Assembly (NCBI GenBank): GCA_008690995.1
Contig: VRMN01000010.1
Span: 62,001 to 126,000 of the forward strand
DNA length: 64,000 bases
Direction of reading: 5' to 3'
Source of the DNA: Porphyridium purpureum
Taxonomy: Eukaryota
Every line of letters starts with the position of its first letter. Position 1 is the first letter of the stretch. The translations under genes and the position numbers were made by a program. This document shows positions 10,045 to 21,252 of the stretch, piece by piece. The notes below the pieces were generated by a model. The model was given only the letters and a program-made list of their open reading frames with translations. It was not told the DNA's origin and searched no databases.

Positions 10045-11088
10045 ATGGAGAATGAGTGCACGGACGAGGCCATTCTGCGGCGCGCGCTTGGATATCCTTA
10101 TGCGCGGCCAGATACATCGTTTGTGTTTGCGCGCGGCCGGCCGTGGCTGCTGACGCGTGCCGCGGTGCTCGCAGCAGAAGCGCTTTTCTGTGCGCCCGAC
10201 ACTTCAGAGCACAAGGCGCCTGAGTGGAGTGACATGCGCGTGCAGCCATTGCCGTGGGAGCATAATCTGCGGGGCGAACCACAATATGCAGACCCCGTGG
10301 GTCTAGACGAGGTGCTGGGACATGGCTGGACCCAGAGCATGGCAGAAGACGACGCGCTGGCTGATCGCATTCCAGTGCTAGCAATAGGCTCGAACGCGGC
10401 GCCGGAGCAGCTCGCGCGAAAATTTTCGACGGGTAGTGAAGTGGTGGTGGTTATTCTCGTGCGCCTGTACGATTATGACATTGTCTTTGCGCCCATGGTG
10501 TCTGCATACGGCAGCGTACCGGCCACCATTAGCCGCGCGCCGGGAATGTACTGTGACATTGCCGTCACGTTGCTGTCACGCACGCAGCTTGTCCGCATGC
10601 ATGCGACGGAACACGCGTACACCTTTGTTCGGCTGAACGAACCACGGGCGGACGTTTTGCACAGCAAGATGCAGGCCGCGTACAGCGTATCGCGGCCACT
10701 TTATGTTTATGTCCAGTCGGACGGCGCACTGGCCGTCCTTCCGACATTGACCAGGTCGGACAGCGACGTGGGCAGAAACAATTCGCCCATTGGACTTGCC
10801 GAGATCTGTGCATCAGGCTCGAGCCCCGCACCTTTTCCGCGCGCGACGCAGGAGGAAATCCAGGCCGCGCTGCACGCCTTGCTCTATCCGGATGAAGCTG
10901 GAACACCGTCCAAGCCGGACCGCACCCGGCTCAGTGCCAGAATTATCGAGCGCGTGAAGAGCGGGCCAGCGCACCGACAAGAAATTTGTGCGCTGCTTGC
11001 TGCACGCCACTGCGTGCCTTGGTTTCTCAGCACAAACTCTGCAACCCGAGAGTACGATATTGTATGCGTTCCTGGAGCGTCTGAATAA
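10045..11088 (+). CDS. Hypothetical protein with a GGCT-like (AIGSN) motif, bacterial-type
   Basis: RALGYPY, PVLAIGSNAAPEQLARKF, SAYGSVPAT, QLVRMHATE; the xGSN loop and the later Glu recall the gamma-glutamylcyclotransferase fold; start taken at first ATG. Confidence 0.65.
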   Translation: MENECTDEAILRRALGYPYARPDTSFVFARGRPWLLTRAAVLAAEALFCAPDTSEHKAPEWSDMRVQPLPWEHNLRGEPQYADPVGLDEVLGHGWTQSMAEDDALADRIPVLAIGSNAAPEQLARKFSTGSEVVVVILVRLYDYDIVFAPMVSAYGSVPATISRAPGMYCDIAVTLLSRTQLVRMHATEHAYTFVRLNEPRADVLHSKMQAAYSVSRPLYVYVQSDGALAVLPTLTRSDSDVGRNNSPIGLAEICASGSSPAPFPRATQEEIQAALHALLYPDEAGTPSKPDRTRLSARIIERVKSGPAHRQEICALLAARHCVPWFLSTNSATREYDIVCVPGASE

Positions 11089-11379
11089 AGGGAGGTGTCA
11101 CGACACATGTCTGAGCGGTGTCATATCGCCGGCTGGCAAAGTTCCCTGGCTTGTTCGTTTACTAGATTCCTCTCTCCGACTCTGTTTTGTCCACGCGGTA
11201 TCTGTTTGTTCGAGGGGCAAGCTGGAACTCAAACACCAAAATTGTGACGCGTGGTCCACGCTTGCGTGATAATTCATGTTCCGGTCCGAATGAACCAGCG
11301 AAATCTGCGGATACGACGATGAGTGGACGTCTGTCCCGCTTTCGCGCAGACCGGGTCGGGCACGCGCACAACCCTAGAG

Positions 11380-11745
11380 CTACAGGAATGGGTCGCCGCT
11401 GGCAAACAGGATGCGCACCAGGCGAATGACATTAACGCTGAACGCGATAAGCACAGACGTGTACACGGCAATAAACCCCAACGCGAGCACTGTGCGCTGC
11501 TGCTCAGACATCCGCCCGAGCTCTTCACGCACGTCCCACTCCACCACTCGACGCAGCCAGTCCGGCTCGGAGCCGCCGTCGCCACCGTCGCCACCGTTCT
11601 TCTTCCCACACACAACCGCCACGCGCGCACGACGCGCGCCCGCCCCGCTTCCGCGCCGCACCCCAGTCCACGAGCTCGAACAGCCGCTTCCCGCCTCCAG
11701 CCGACGCCCCATAGGGCAAGCCAACAGGCCCACAAAGCCTATCAT
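11380..11745 (-). CDS. Small putative plastid-targeted protein with one C-terminal transmembrane helix
   Basis: MIGFV... Ser/Arg-rich transit-peptide-like N-terminus ending VAVVC, hydrophobic VLALGFIAVYTSVLIAFSV; GA tract upstream as for other genes here. Confidence 0.6.
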   Translation of the reverse strand: MIGFVGLLACPMGRRLEAGSGCSSSWTGVRRGSGAGARRARVAVVCGKKNGGDGGDGGSEPDWLRRVVEWDVREELGRMSEQQRTVLALGFIAVYTSVLIAFSVNVIRLVRILFASGDPFL

Positions 11746-12248
11746 CCCATGGACTTGCCCTTCTCTCTCTCTCTCTCTCTCTCTCGCGCTCAACCTCCGC
11801 GCCACTGCGCTCGTCTCAAACGCACGACAGTGTACCGCAGCACTGTACCGCACCCCGAAATAATGCATTTTTACTTCGATAATTCATGTTCGGCGGCCGA
11901 TTGCGCGTCATTATTTGGGGCCGTTCTAGTAGATCTTTAATAATTTAATCTGTTTTTTAATGTGCCTGCGTTTTGGCGTTGCGCGCAGCCGGTGCGAGCG
12001 TGCTGCTGCCTGGCAAAGGCGGTCGGCAGCGCGTGGCGGCGGGTCTAGTAAAAGGGGTGTGTTTTAGTAGACGATTGGTTTGTGGGTTGGGGCGGGAAGG
12101 GCGATAGACGCGGAGGGGGGAGAGGGAGAGAGCGAGGAGGTCGGAGTGGAGTTTGGGTGCAAGGAGTGCATTGGGTTGCGGCGCGGGAACGGCGCTGCGG
12201 TGTGAGGCAGCAGCAGCAGGACGGCAGCACGCACGCACGCACGCCGGA

Positions 12249-15200
12249 ATGGAGTGCGCGCCGCGCTCGCGGGAGCGGGGGCACGTTGACGCGGCGCCGC
12301 GCCGCGCCGCGGCGTTTGTGGGCGCGCCCGTGTCTGCGCAGCATGTGCACGCGCGCCGTGCTGGCGTGAGTGGAGCTGGGAATGGGAATGGAAATGCGCT
12401 GGGATTGCGGCGGAACGCGGATCATGCACTGCGGCGTGGCGCGCAGCGGCGCGCGGCGTCTAGGTCGCATTGCACCGGCACGTCCGCGCTCATTCAGCGG
12501 CTATGGGAGTCTGTCGCGGGCGGGCCCGGCGAGCGCGACGCGGCCGCGGCCAAGGCGGGCGCGCCTGTGTCTCCCGCGCCAGAGATTCAGATCTGTACGA
12601 CGCCGCTGCCGGAGCAGATACCGGACGACGACGACCACGCGGCGTCCGTGCCGCTGCCCTCGTACCCTGGCCTGATGTCCGGACAGCTGCCAAACGGGCT
12701 CAGCTATGTCATTTTGCGCAATAACTCGCCCTCGCGGCGCGTCGAAGCGCATCTCGAAGTGTTCTCGGGCTCGGCAGACGAGCTGGAGCACGAACAGGGC
12801 CTTGCGCACGTCGTGGAGCACGTGTCATACATGGGCAACTCGGCGCGTGAGCGACTGTTGTCCGAATGTGCCGCGCAAACCAACGCGTACACAGACTTTC
12901 ACCACACTGTCTTTTACGCAGCCATGGACACGGAGCCAGGTCACCGCTCACTCAAGCTCGCGCTGTTTGCGCTCAAAGAGGTGCTAGAGGCGCGGGTGGG
13001 TGCTGCTCGGCTGGACAAGGAGCGAGCCGCCGTCTTGTCCGAAATGGGCATGGTCAACACGATCGAGTACCGCACCGAGTGCGCGCTGCTCGCTGCGCTG
13101 CACGAAGAGAATCGGCTGTCCGTGCGCTTCCCGATCGGCCTCGAGCAGTGCATCCGCCAGTGGGACGTTAAGGATGTGACCGCGTACCACTCGCGGCACT
13201 ACTGCCCGTCCAACGCCTTCTTGTATATCGTGGGCGATCTCGATGAGGCCGCCGCACAAACGCTGGTCAACCAGATCATGGGCGGCGTGCAGCGCAAGCG
13301 CACACCAGAGTCTGCGCCAGAGCGCTCAGAGTACGACGCGATTGTAAAAGGTACGCTCAAGCAAACGCAGTCGCGCGCGTTTCCGCCCGTCATCCACAGT
13401 TTTGTCGGCACGGAAGAGCAGCAGCATGAGCCTCGACTGCGCGTGTTTAGGCACGCCTTGCTGCACGGGTTTTCGCTCCATGTGTTTGCCAAGAGCCCCA
13501 TCATTCCCACGCGCTCGCTGGCGGACGTGCGGCGCGCGCTTGTGCGGCGTATTGTTTCCGCTGCGCTACAAATTCGCTTTAATGTTATTTCGCGCGGTGT
13601 CATGACGGACAGTTCAGACTCGGATGAAGAATCTTCCAACGGCTGCGCATTCAACTTTGTGGAATTCGTGCAAATGGACTCGGGGCGCGAGGCGTGCAGT
13701 GTGTGCAGTCTAGACATGATTTCGGCGCGCAACATGTGGAAGGAAGCCGTGTTCTTGGGAATCACAGAGATGCGCAGGCTAGGCATGTTCGGCATCTCGG
13801 AGTCTGAGCTCGAGCGGTACAAGCAAGCCGTGTTCCAGGATATTTACCAACTTGCCGCGCAGGCTGACCGTATTTCAAATGCCGAGCATGTGCAAGGGCT
13901 CATGGACGCGGTTGCGCTGCAGTCGACGTATCTTCATCCAGCGCACTTGCTCCATGCCACTGAGCTCGCCCTCACGTCGCTCACGCTGGATGAAGTGAAC
14001 ACGGCGGCCACGGAAATGTGTCGCCATGTCATGACTCCGGAGGATCTGGAGCTTGTGATGCACTCAGGCAGCGAATCTAGTTCTGAACCTTCCATCAACT
14101 CTGACCCAGAGCTTGAACTTCAGCGCTCCAGAACCGAGGCAATACGGGAAGAACAGTTGACATATATGCCGATTGTCGCGGCGTGCGTTCCCTTGACTCC
14201 AGAATCGGGTGGCAATGGCGCAAATTCTGGCGCGAATTTTGACATCACGGAGGAGCAGTTGATGGCCGAGTTTCGGCGCGCACAGCAAGAGCCGTTGGCG
14301 AGCGGTGGTGACGTCGTTGTGCCCGACGCACTTTTGGATGCCGAGGGCAAAGCGGCTCTTCTCGAAAACGCACGTCGAATGGAGCTTGAGCTGCGCGCGC
14401 TTCTGGTCACCGCAATTGGCCGGCGCACCGACGAAAATGGCGTGCCAGTACCAGAGCCGACGGGCGTGGACAGTGCGCCGTTCGTCCACCAATTTGCATT
14501 GGCGAACGGGCTGCGCCTGAACGTGCTTCCGGCGGTGGGCCAGCCGGGCCGCGCTCATGTGCGCCTGGCAGTGCCCGGTGGGCGGATGGTCGAACAGACG
14601 CAACACAATGGCGCGCAAGTTGGCGTGGTCGCCGTAGGTGCGCGCACACTGCAAGAAGGCGGCGCTTTTGCACCATGGAGCCGACAGCAAGTGGAGTTGT
14701 TCTGCGTTGATAATCTCATTCAGGTCGAGATCTCGGCGTCGCTCGAATTCTTTTTTGTAGACATCGGGTTTCCTTCGGACATGCTGGCGGCGGCGCTGGT
14801 GCTGCTGAACCGGATTTTGGAACGACGCGTCGTGCTGGAAAGCGATGCACTTGCGCGTGCAAAGCAGGCATTTGAGCAGGCTGCAGGTGAGGTGGCCCGA
14901 TCGCTCGAAGATTCGGCAGTGGAGCAGCTACTATCCCAGCTGTGTGGGGCAGATCCCCGCCTGCTGTCTATCCGACCGCCGGCGCTCAGCAAGCTTTCGC
15001 GACATGCTGTTGAAGCTGCTGTGCACGGTCATCTGCGGACGCACGCCAGCGAGATCAGCCTTGCCGGTGATTTTGCCAGCGTGGACGCGATTCTGCCAGA
15101 CATCCGGCTGTATCTGGGCTCAATCGCGGCGTCCGCGGCGCCACCAAGCTTTGCAGAGCACGCCCGCGCCATCGTTCCGATTCCATGCGCAGAGCGCGCC

Positions 15201-16013
15201 ACGAGTAAGGCGCAGCCGCTTCACTTTCAGGAGCTGCGGTTTGGCGACACAGACGAACGTGCCGCGGCGTTCATTGCCGGTGAGTGCTTTTCGTGGTGGG
15301 GTTCGCTGCGTGACGGATCATCAGTGATGTACACCAAAGAGCGCGACGCAGAAACTTGCTCAGACGTGGAGACGCGTGCGCGCCGGTCGCACCCACTGTT
15401 TGCGAACGCCGCATCAGCCATTCTGCAGGAGGTGCTGAACCGACGACTGTTTTCGGCGCTGCGGGAAACGGAGCAGCTCACGTATGACGCCAAGTTTAAC
15501 ATCTTGGGCTCAGATCGGCTGCTGGGCGCGTACTACTTGGCCGAAGTGACTGCGTCACCCGAAAAGGTCTCGCGTGCGCTGCAAGTCATGATGCAGACTC
15601 TCCGTGATGTGCAGCAGGGCCGCCGCAAGATGCTGGCTGACAATGTAAGCTCGGCGCGGCGCACGGTGCTGGCTAGGCACTCGGCGGAGCTCGATAAGAA
15701 CGCGTACTTGTGCGAAATATGCATGGGCATGCTGTTGGACTGCATCCCCAACAAGGATGCTTCATACTTTGCCGAGCTTGTTTCTGTTGCGAACGAGATC
15801 ACGCCAGACGACTTGCTGTTCCTGCTGCAGTTTGTGCCGCTGCCGAGCGAGACCAGCCAGCAGTCCAAGGGGACAAAGTCTGGCGGGGACCAGGATCTCC
15901 GCACTGTTAGCTGTCTCGCCGTGACCACGAGTGACGCTCCATCGGCCGCACCGGGCGTAGTCCTGGACATCGTGACTCCCATGCGAAAAGGCACCACCGC
16001 ACTTGGACACTAG
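12249..16013 (+). CDS. SPP: Plastid stromal processing peptidase (peptidase M16)
   Basis: GQLPNGLSYVIL, EAHLEVFSGSADE, inverted zinc motif HVVEH, TNAYTDFHHTVF, RFPIGLE, SGREACSV, QVELFCV; transit-peptide-like N-terminus. Confidence 0.92.
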   Translation: MECAPRSRERGHVDAAPRRAAAFVGAPVSAQHVHARRAGVSGAGNGNGNALGLRRNADHALRRGAQRRAASRSHCTGTSALIQRLWESVAGGPGERDAAAAKAGAPVSPAPEIQICTTPLPEQIPDDDDHAASVPLPSYPGLMSGQLPNGLSYVILRNNSPSRRVEAHLEVFSGSADELEHEQGLAHVVEHVSYMGNSARERLLSECAAQTNAYTDFHHTVFYAAMDTEPGHRSLKLALFALKEVLEARVGAARLDKERAAVLSEMGMVNTIEYRTECALLAALHEENRLSVRFPIGLEQCIRQWDVKDVTAYHSRHYCPSNAFLYIVGDLDEAAAQTLVNQIMGGVQRKRTPESAPERSEYDAIVKGTLKQTQSRAFPPVIHSFVGTEEQQHEPRLRVFRHALLHGFSLHVFAKSPIIPTRSLADVRRALVRRIVSAALQIRFNVISRGVMTDSSDSDEESSNGCAFNFVEFVQMDSGREACSVCSLDMISARNMWKEAVFLGITEMRRLGMFGISESELERYKQAVFQDIYQLAAQADRISNAEHVQGLMDAVALQSTYLHPAHLLHATELALTSLTLDEVNTAATEMCRHVMTPEDLELVMHSGSESSSEPSINSDPELELQRSRTEAIREEQLTYMPIVAACVPLTPESGGNGANSGANFDITEEQLMAEFRRAQQEPLASGGDVVVPDALLDAEGKAALLENARRMELELRALLVTAIGRRTDENGVPVPEPTGVDSAPFVHQFALANGLRLNVLPAVGQPGRAHVRLAVPGGRMVEQTQHNGAQVGVVAVGARTLQEGGAFAPWSRQQVELFCVDNLIQVEISASLEFFFVDIGFPSDMLAAALVLLNRILERRVVLESDALARAKQAFEQAAGEVARSLEDSAVEQLLSQLCGADPRLLSIRPPALSKLSRHAVEAAVHGHLRTHASEISLAGDFASVDAILPDIRLYLGSIAASAAPPSFAEHARAIVPIPCAERATSKAQPLHFQELRFGDTDERAAAFIAGECFSWWGSLRDGSSVMYTKERDAETCSDVETRARRSHPLFANAASAILQEVLNRRLFSALRETEQLTYDAKFNILGSDRLLGAYYLAEVTASPEKVSRALQVMMQTLRDVQQGRRKMLADNVSSARRTVLARHSAELDKNAYLCEICMGMLLDCIPNKDASYFAELVSVANEITPDDLLFLLQFVPLPSETSQQSKGTKSGGDQDLRTVSCLAVTTSDAPSAAPGVVLDIVTPMRKGTTALGH

Positions 16014-16568
16014 GCGCAAGGTCACAAGATGTATTCGTAGGGTCCTGTTTCCCGCTTTCTCTCGTGCGCAAGGCAGCGACACAGGGGACAGTGCACGAGT
16101 CGTGATAAAATGTCGATACGTGTTTTGTTTTTGTACGTGTCTTTCTGTGTGCTCCCCCGCTCTACTTTTACTCGCATCCGTGCGGCGCTTTGCAATGTTG
16201 ATTTCGAAAGCCGGTCTCGCCACAACGTCAAGAACCAGCATGCGTTTTGGCCGTGCGACGGCAGACCCTTGCACACCAATCGATAGACCTCGAGGCAAAG
16301 CGCAAAAAAAATATCACTATACCGACGCACGAGTAGACGCGTACACAAGATGTCTAGCACAACCTCGAGACACGCCAGAATGGACTGATGTCCCGGCCGG
16401 CGAGTCCCTTTTCGAGCAGACACCGCCTGCCGCGCGTGCTCTGCTTGTGCCGCCAGCCGCGCCAGCCGCGCCAAAAACCAGAGAAACCGATAAACCGTTA
16501 AGGGGGAGGAGCGTTGCAGGCGCCGGCGGCGACCGACACGGCACGTACACGCGCGCTTGGGACGCGGA

Positions 16569-19500
16569 ATGGCGCGACGCATGTTGCAGCGGCATGACGG
16601 CGAGCTGAGCGGCGCGGGCAGCTCCGCGGTAGCGACTGTCACGTGTGAGCTGACATTTGCATCGGGCGGGTGCAATCGTGTGAGCGGGTGCCTTGCATAC
16701 AGCGAGGACGGCGAGCTGCTGTATGGCGCCGGCGCGCACGTGCTGGCCATCCGCGAGCGTGATGAGCTGCATGGTCCGGACTGGGTCCAAGTTCTCGCTT
16801 CTGCAGATGGATCTTCTGCGCACGTAACAAACGTGCATGTTGTTCAACTCGAGCGCGCAAACGTTGTGCTCTGTGTGTCGGCAAAGGCAGACAGAAGTGT
16901 CTTTGTGTCGCAGCGCAGGCGGATTGAGCATGCGAATCATGCGAGGGAGCAGCCTGATGGCAAGCTGGAAGGATATCTTTGGGCGCCATGTCTTTCGTAT
17001 TCGTTTTGTCAGGATGATGGCATCGACTCGATCAAGAATCAGGCCGCCGGCACGCGCGAGGCGATGATGTGTATTGCAACTGTCTGCGCCGAAGAGGTTG
17101 CGAGAACAGAGGGCCAAACGCGATACATAGTGCTGGTACTTGCGGCATTCGGTGATGGAAAGTTCCGTCTATTGGCACTCGATATGGAAAGTGATGAGCA
17201 ATCGGGTCTGTGCAGCAGTACTGTGACAGACTATCGCGTCCACATCGAAGAGATGGATCGGGCATGGCTTCCAGAAAGCGTCGCCATGGCGCAATTGCCT
17301 GGTCACGAGCTAAATGATGAAAGCTCGCTGGTGGTCGCGCTGGGCGGTTCTGATAAGAACGTTTATGTGGCGTTGCTGGCTTGGCCCCGTGCCGGTAACG
17401 CTGAAGCTTCAGCACCGCACCTCGTTATGCACGGCCATGTTGTGGCGTCGCTCTCTGGGCATAGCGACTGGATTCGATCAGTTGCATTTGATGAAAATCT
17501 CTTCGTCAAGCGATCCGCTCGCTCGGAATCAACTGAATCTGCACTTCTTCTGGCGTCCGGTTCGAATGACGGTTCCATTCGCATCTGGAGCATCGCAGAG
17601 ACAAAAGAACGAAATCCGCGAGCACAAAGTGACGCAGAAGATGCAGAGGATGAAGAAGACTCATACTTATCGACGCTCCTGGGCACAGCGAAATCGCGAT
17701 TTCGGTGCTTGAGTCATAGCCGAAGGTTATACGAGGTGGCGTGTCTCAAAAGACTGGGCGAGCATTCGGACAAAGTAACATGCGTAAAATGGAGCTCCTC
17801 AAGATCTCGCGACTGCGTTGTCGAAAGGATGCCGCAGCGGCACTTGCTTGCATCCTGCTCGATCGATTCGTCCGTCGCGGTATGGTGCGCAACAACGCAT
17901 GCTTCTGTTTTTGCAGGAGAGAGCCCGGCGTCAGACGAGCAAATAGACGCGTTGGACTGGGAGCTGGCTGCGCGATTCGGCTTGCTCGGTGGTATTGGAA
18001 CGTATGCGCTTGGATTCTATGGCTGCGAATTTGCAGCTGTGCAGCGCAGTGACACATTGGTGCTCGAAGTGATCGCACATTCGTTCACAGGGTCAGTACA
18101 CACATGGGAAATCGTGCAAGACCACGACAGAACGAGCTTGAGCGCTAATGCGCGCGCCGCGCTCCCTCCTTGTGCAGCCGGTGGCCACTTGGGAGCCGTG
18201 AATGACTTGATATGGGACCCGCTTGGGCGAGACTTTTTCGTCAGCGTTGGAGAAGACAAGACCTCGCGGATGTATGGAATGAACAGAAGCCAGTTCGCAG
18301 AGATGTTTCGTCCTCAGGTGCACGGGCACCCAGTGTATGCTGGCGCACTTGTACCTTGCAATGACGGACTTGTCGCCCCCGGAAATGTGGTGCTCGTTAC
18401 CGGTGCCGAGGAAAAGATCCTTCGCGCGTTTTGCGCGCCAAGCTCATTTGCTGCATTCGCGGAAGGCAACGAGCCGCCGGTCAACATGGCTGAGCTTTCT
18501 GTAGCGACGCTTCCTGAACTCGGCTTGTCGAACAAGGCTAACACTATTGTGAGTGGCAAGGCGTCAGCGACTGCCGCGCAGGCTGTTGCTGCAGCAGCAG
18601 CTGCTGCAGCAACAACAACAGGAATTTCAAAATTAGAGCCTGGGATCATGCCCGAAGAAGAGCACGATGATGTTGCTGGCTTGGACGGAGCACATGAGGA
18701 TGTCGCGATCATGGCGACCGGTGCAACTGAGCATCACACCCAGACTCTTGCAGGTCATCACGGATGGCGGCCGCTTCCGGAAGACCTGCTGCAGAACCGG
18801 CTTTGGGCTGAAATTACCAAGATGTATGGACACGGAAATGAGCTCGCTGCCATCACCAGCTCTCAAAGCGGTTCAGTTGTCGCGTCATCTTGCAAGTCGA
18901 CCGACGCCAAACAGGCCAGCATTATTCTGTGGACACCCTCGCCACTTTCATCGCAAGTCCAGGCGCAGCAGTGGGTCGACGCGCAGCGGCTGGCTGGTCA
19001 TGCTTCGACAATCAACCAGCTGACGTTCAGCCCCAGTCCCGCGGACCAGTACCTGCTCTCAGTGGGCCGTGATCGCACACTGTGTGTTTTTCGACGAGAT
19101 CGCGGCCCGCTGCTCTACACGCTGGCGTGCCAGGTGAAAGAGGCGCATCGACGCTCCATCGAGTGCGCGGCATGGCTTTCGACTGACAGTCCAAGCGACG
19201 CACAAGTCATGTATTTTGTGACTGGCTCGCGCGACAAAAAGCTCAAGCTGTGGCGCCTTTGGTGTCCCAACCATGCGAACTGCGATGAAAAGCTCGAGCA
19301 ACTGCACGAGCTCGGCTTTGCGTCGGGCGTGTCGTCGGTGTCTGCTGCGCTTGTGCATAAAAGTGGGCAGGGCCATCTCGTAGCTGTAGGTACTGAGGAA
19401 GGCGGCCTTGCTTTAGTCTACGTGAGCTTGGGCGGAAGCCTTGACGGACCCGTGCAAGTGCACGATCCGCTGCACCTTCCATCGCCATTCTCGTCGTGCA

Positions 19501-19646
19501 GCCGCATCCATCGTGTCCAGTTCCAGCCGCCGTCTGCAGCGCCCGGAGCGAACGAAGACGTTGGCGTGCTTCGCTTGGGTGTTGCCGGTAGCGACAGCCT
19601 CGTGCGCGTCTTGCGCATCTCGTTGCCTGGCGAGTTCAGATTGTAA
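16569..19646 (+). CDS. ELP2: Elongator complex subunit 2 (WD40)
   Basis: LSGHSDWIRS, GFYG, RPQVHGH, GAEEKILRAF, LPELGLSNKA, LLQNRLWAEITKMYGHGNE, LLSVGRDR, FVTGSRDKKLKLW. Confidence 0.92.
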   Translation: MARRMLQRHDGELSGAGSSAVATVTCELTFASGGCNRVSGCLAYSEDGELLYGAGAHVLAIRERDELHGPDWVQVLASADGSSAHVTNVHVVQLERANVVLCVSAKADRSVFVSQRRRIEHANHAREQPDGKLEGYLWAPCLSYSFCQDDGIDSIKNQAAGTREAMMCIATVCAEEVARTEGQTRYIVLVLAAFGDGKFRLLALDMESDEQSGLCSSTVTDYRVHIEEMDRAWLPESVAMAQLPGHELNDESSLVVALGGSDKNVYVALLAWPRAGNAEASAPHLVMHGHVVASLSGHSDWIRSVAFDENLFVKRSARSESTESALLLASGSNDGSIRIWSIAETKERNPRAQSDAEDAEDEEDSYLSTLLGTAKSRFRCLSHSRRLYEVACLKRLGEHSDKVTCVKWSSSRSRDCVVERMPQRHLLASCSIDSSVAVWCATTHASVFAGESPASDEQIDALDWELAARFGLLGGIGTYALGFYGCEFAAVQRSDTLVLEVIAHSFTGSVHTWEIVQDHDRTSLSANARAALPPCAAGGHLGAVNDLIWDPLGRDFFVSVGEDKTSRMYGMNRSQFAEMFRPQVHGHPVYAGALVPCNDGLVAPGNVVLVTGAEEKILRAFCAPSSFAAFAEGNEPPVNMAELSVATLPELGLSNKANTIVSGKASATAAQAVAAAAAAAATTTGISKLEPGIMPEEEHDDVAGLDGAHEDVAIMATGATEHHTQTLAGHHGWRPLPEDLLQNRLWAEITKMYGHGNELAAITSSQSGSVVASSCKSTDAKQASIILWTPSPLSSQVQAQQWVDAQRLAGHASTINQLTFSPSPADQYLLSVGRDRTLCVFRRDRGPLLYTLACQVKEAHRRSIECAAWLSTDSPSDAQVMYFVTGSRDKKLKLWRLWCPNHANCDEKLEQLHELGFASGVSSVSAALVHKSGQGHLVAVGTEEGGLALVYVSLGGSLDGPVQVHDPLHLPSPFSSCSRIHRVQFQPPSAAPGANEDVGVLRLGVAGSDSLVRVLRISLPGEFRL

Positions 19647-19861
19647 CGTTTATTTAAAGGGGATTGAGACCCGTAAATTCTTGGTTGGTGCCGGTCTTTG
19701 CTCTTAATCGTGATGCTACCACTGACGCGGCACCTGCGTCCAGATCCCATTTGCGCCGTGGACCCAAGCTACATGGTCGCGATTGAAAAAAGATCGCTCA
19801 GAGATCTGACCTCCACCATGCCATGTCCGAAGCGCACATGCACCCATCCCCCAACACGTGA

Positions 19862-20614
19862 TCAGGTCTTGAGTTTGAGAATCACAGATCGCATTCGGCT
19901 TGTATCGCGCTGTCCCTTCTTGAACTCCCCGGAAAGGTTTGCGAGCTGCGGAATCATGTTCCAGTTGGGTTTCTCGCCAGGCGCGCTAAACTGGGCCTGG
20001 AGTGCATCGCGCTCGGCGATGAATCGGTTTTCCTCCTCGGTGTTCAGCTGCTTGTTCGCGTTGCACCGTTCTTGCCAGCGCGCATACATTCCTTCAATGG
20101 TGGCCTTTGAGTCGGCAAGATTCTTCGCGCGCATCTCGTCCTCCTGCGCCTTCTTCGCCTCGAGCCGCTTGCTAAAGTCTACGCGCCACTCGCGGATCGC
20201 ACGCGGCGTCTCGGGGCGGCTGGGCGGCAGGTCGTCGCTATCCTGATCTTCGTCGCGCTCCATCTGCAGCGGCGCGTCCATGCCCGGGTACGCACCCAAC
20301 ATGGGCTCCGCGCCGCCCGCACCATACGCGTCTGGCATCATGGTCTCCGGCTCCTCCGGCTTCTCGCTCTTCTCAACCTCTGGCGGCGGCATATGCATCA
20401 CGCCCGGCGCTGCGTCCGCGCCTTCCGCGGGCGCGGGCATGGGCATGGCCTCTCCCTGGGCAGACGGGCCGTCGCCAAAGAACGCGTTGAACGGATCGTC
20501 GCCGTCTCCGCCGCCGCCCGCCGCGCCATCCGAGGCAGGCGCCGGGTAGCTCTTGAAGAAATCGTCATCATCATATCCGGCCATATCGGCCGACCCATTT
20601 GCGTCTCCGTCCAT
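19862..20614 (-). CDS. CLC: Clathrin light chain
   Basis: Acidic N-terminus, AIREWR coiled coil, NKQLNTEEENRF, NWNMI, C-terminal RDTSRMRSVILKLK. Confidence 0.88.
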   Translation of the reverse strand: MDGDANGSADMAGYDDDDFFKSYPAPASDGAAGGGGDGDDPFNAFFGDGPSAQGEAMPMPAPAEGADAAPGVMHMPPPEVEKSEKPEEPETMMPDAYGAGGAEPMLGAYPGMDAPLQMERDEDQDSDDLPPSRPETPRAIREWRVDFSKRLEAKKAQEDEMRAKNLADSKATIEGMYARWQERCNANKQLNTEEENRFIAERDALQAQFSAPGEKPNWNMIPQLANLSGEFKKGQRDTSRMRSVILKLKT

Positions 20615-21060
20615 CCTGTCAATCAACTCTTCTTCCGCCACACACACACACCTCCTCTCTTCCTCTTCCCCCTTGCCCTTCTCTCTCCCTCTCTCTCTTC
20701 TCCTTCGTGCAGCCAGCGCGTGCGCCCGTCTTCTTTTTTAATCTTACTTTCACGAATATTTATACTGTATTTTTAATTCTTTTTTAATTCTACTTTTGGA
20801 TCCTATAAAATCGCGTCAGTTTAGATAGAGTCGTGCTCGCTCCTCACGTGTCGCGCGTGGCGTTGAGCTGTACCTCTGTCGCTTTCTTTTGAGGGGCGCG
20901 TGTTCAGTTGAGATTGTGCCGCCGCGCTGTACGTAATGTACAGTGATAGGAATGCTGCATGTGTTTGTTATCTCATAAACCGGTTGTGCGGTGGACGGTT
21001 AAGAGCGTGCGCCGCGAAACCGATTTGCGGCGAGAGAGAAATTGGAGAAACGCTGGTGTG

Positions 21061-21244
21061 GGGAGAAAAGGAAGAGAGGGAGAGAGAGGAGAGAGAGGAG
21101 AGAGACAAGAGAGACAAGAGAGAGAAGAGAGAGAAGAGAGCCACACACACACACACACACACAGAGAGACACACAGAGACACACAGAGACACAGAGACAC
21201 AGAGAGAGACACATAGAGACACAGAGAGAGACACGCAGAGAAAG
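21061..21244 (+). repeat. Compound GA/CA microsatellite immediately upstream of pirin
   Basis: gagagagg.../acacacac/gagacacaca units. Confidence 0.9.
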
Positions 21245-21252
21245 GAGTAAGG

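Noticed and set aside
9208..10055. ORFs with ELAIELA/SSWRSSW repeats
   Set aside because: Translations of the minisatellite, open in most frames
11268..11891. 14-bp direct repeat GATAATTCATGTTC flanking the small plastid gene (possible TSD)
   Set aside because: No poly(A) remnant or terminal repeats; one such match is plausible by chance in 64 kb
16296..16320. Minus-strand ATTTTTTTTG as Sm site or Pol III terminator
   Set aside because: No recognisable snRNA, SRP or RNase P/MRP motifs upstream
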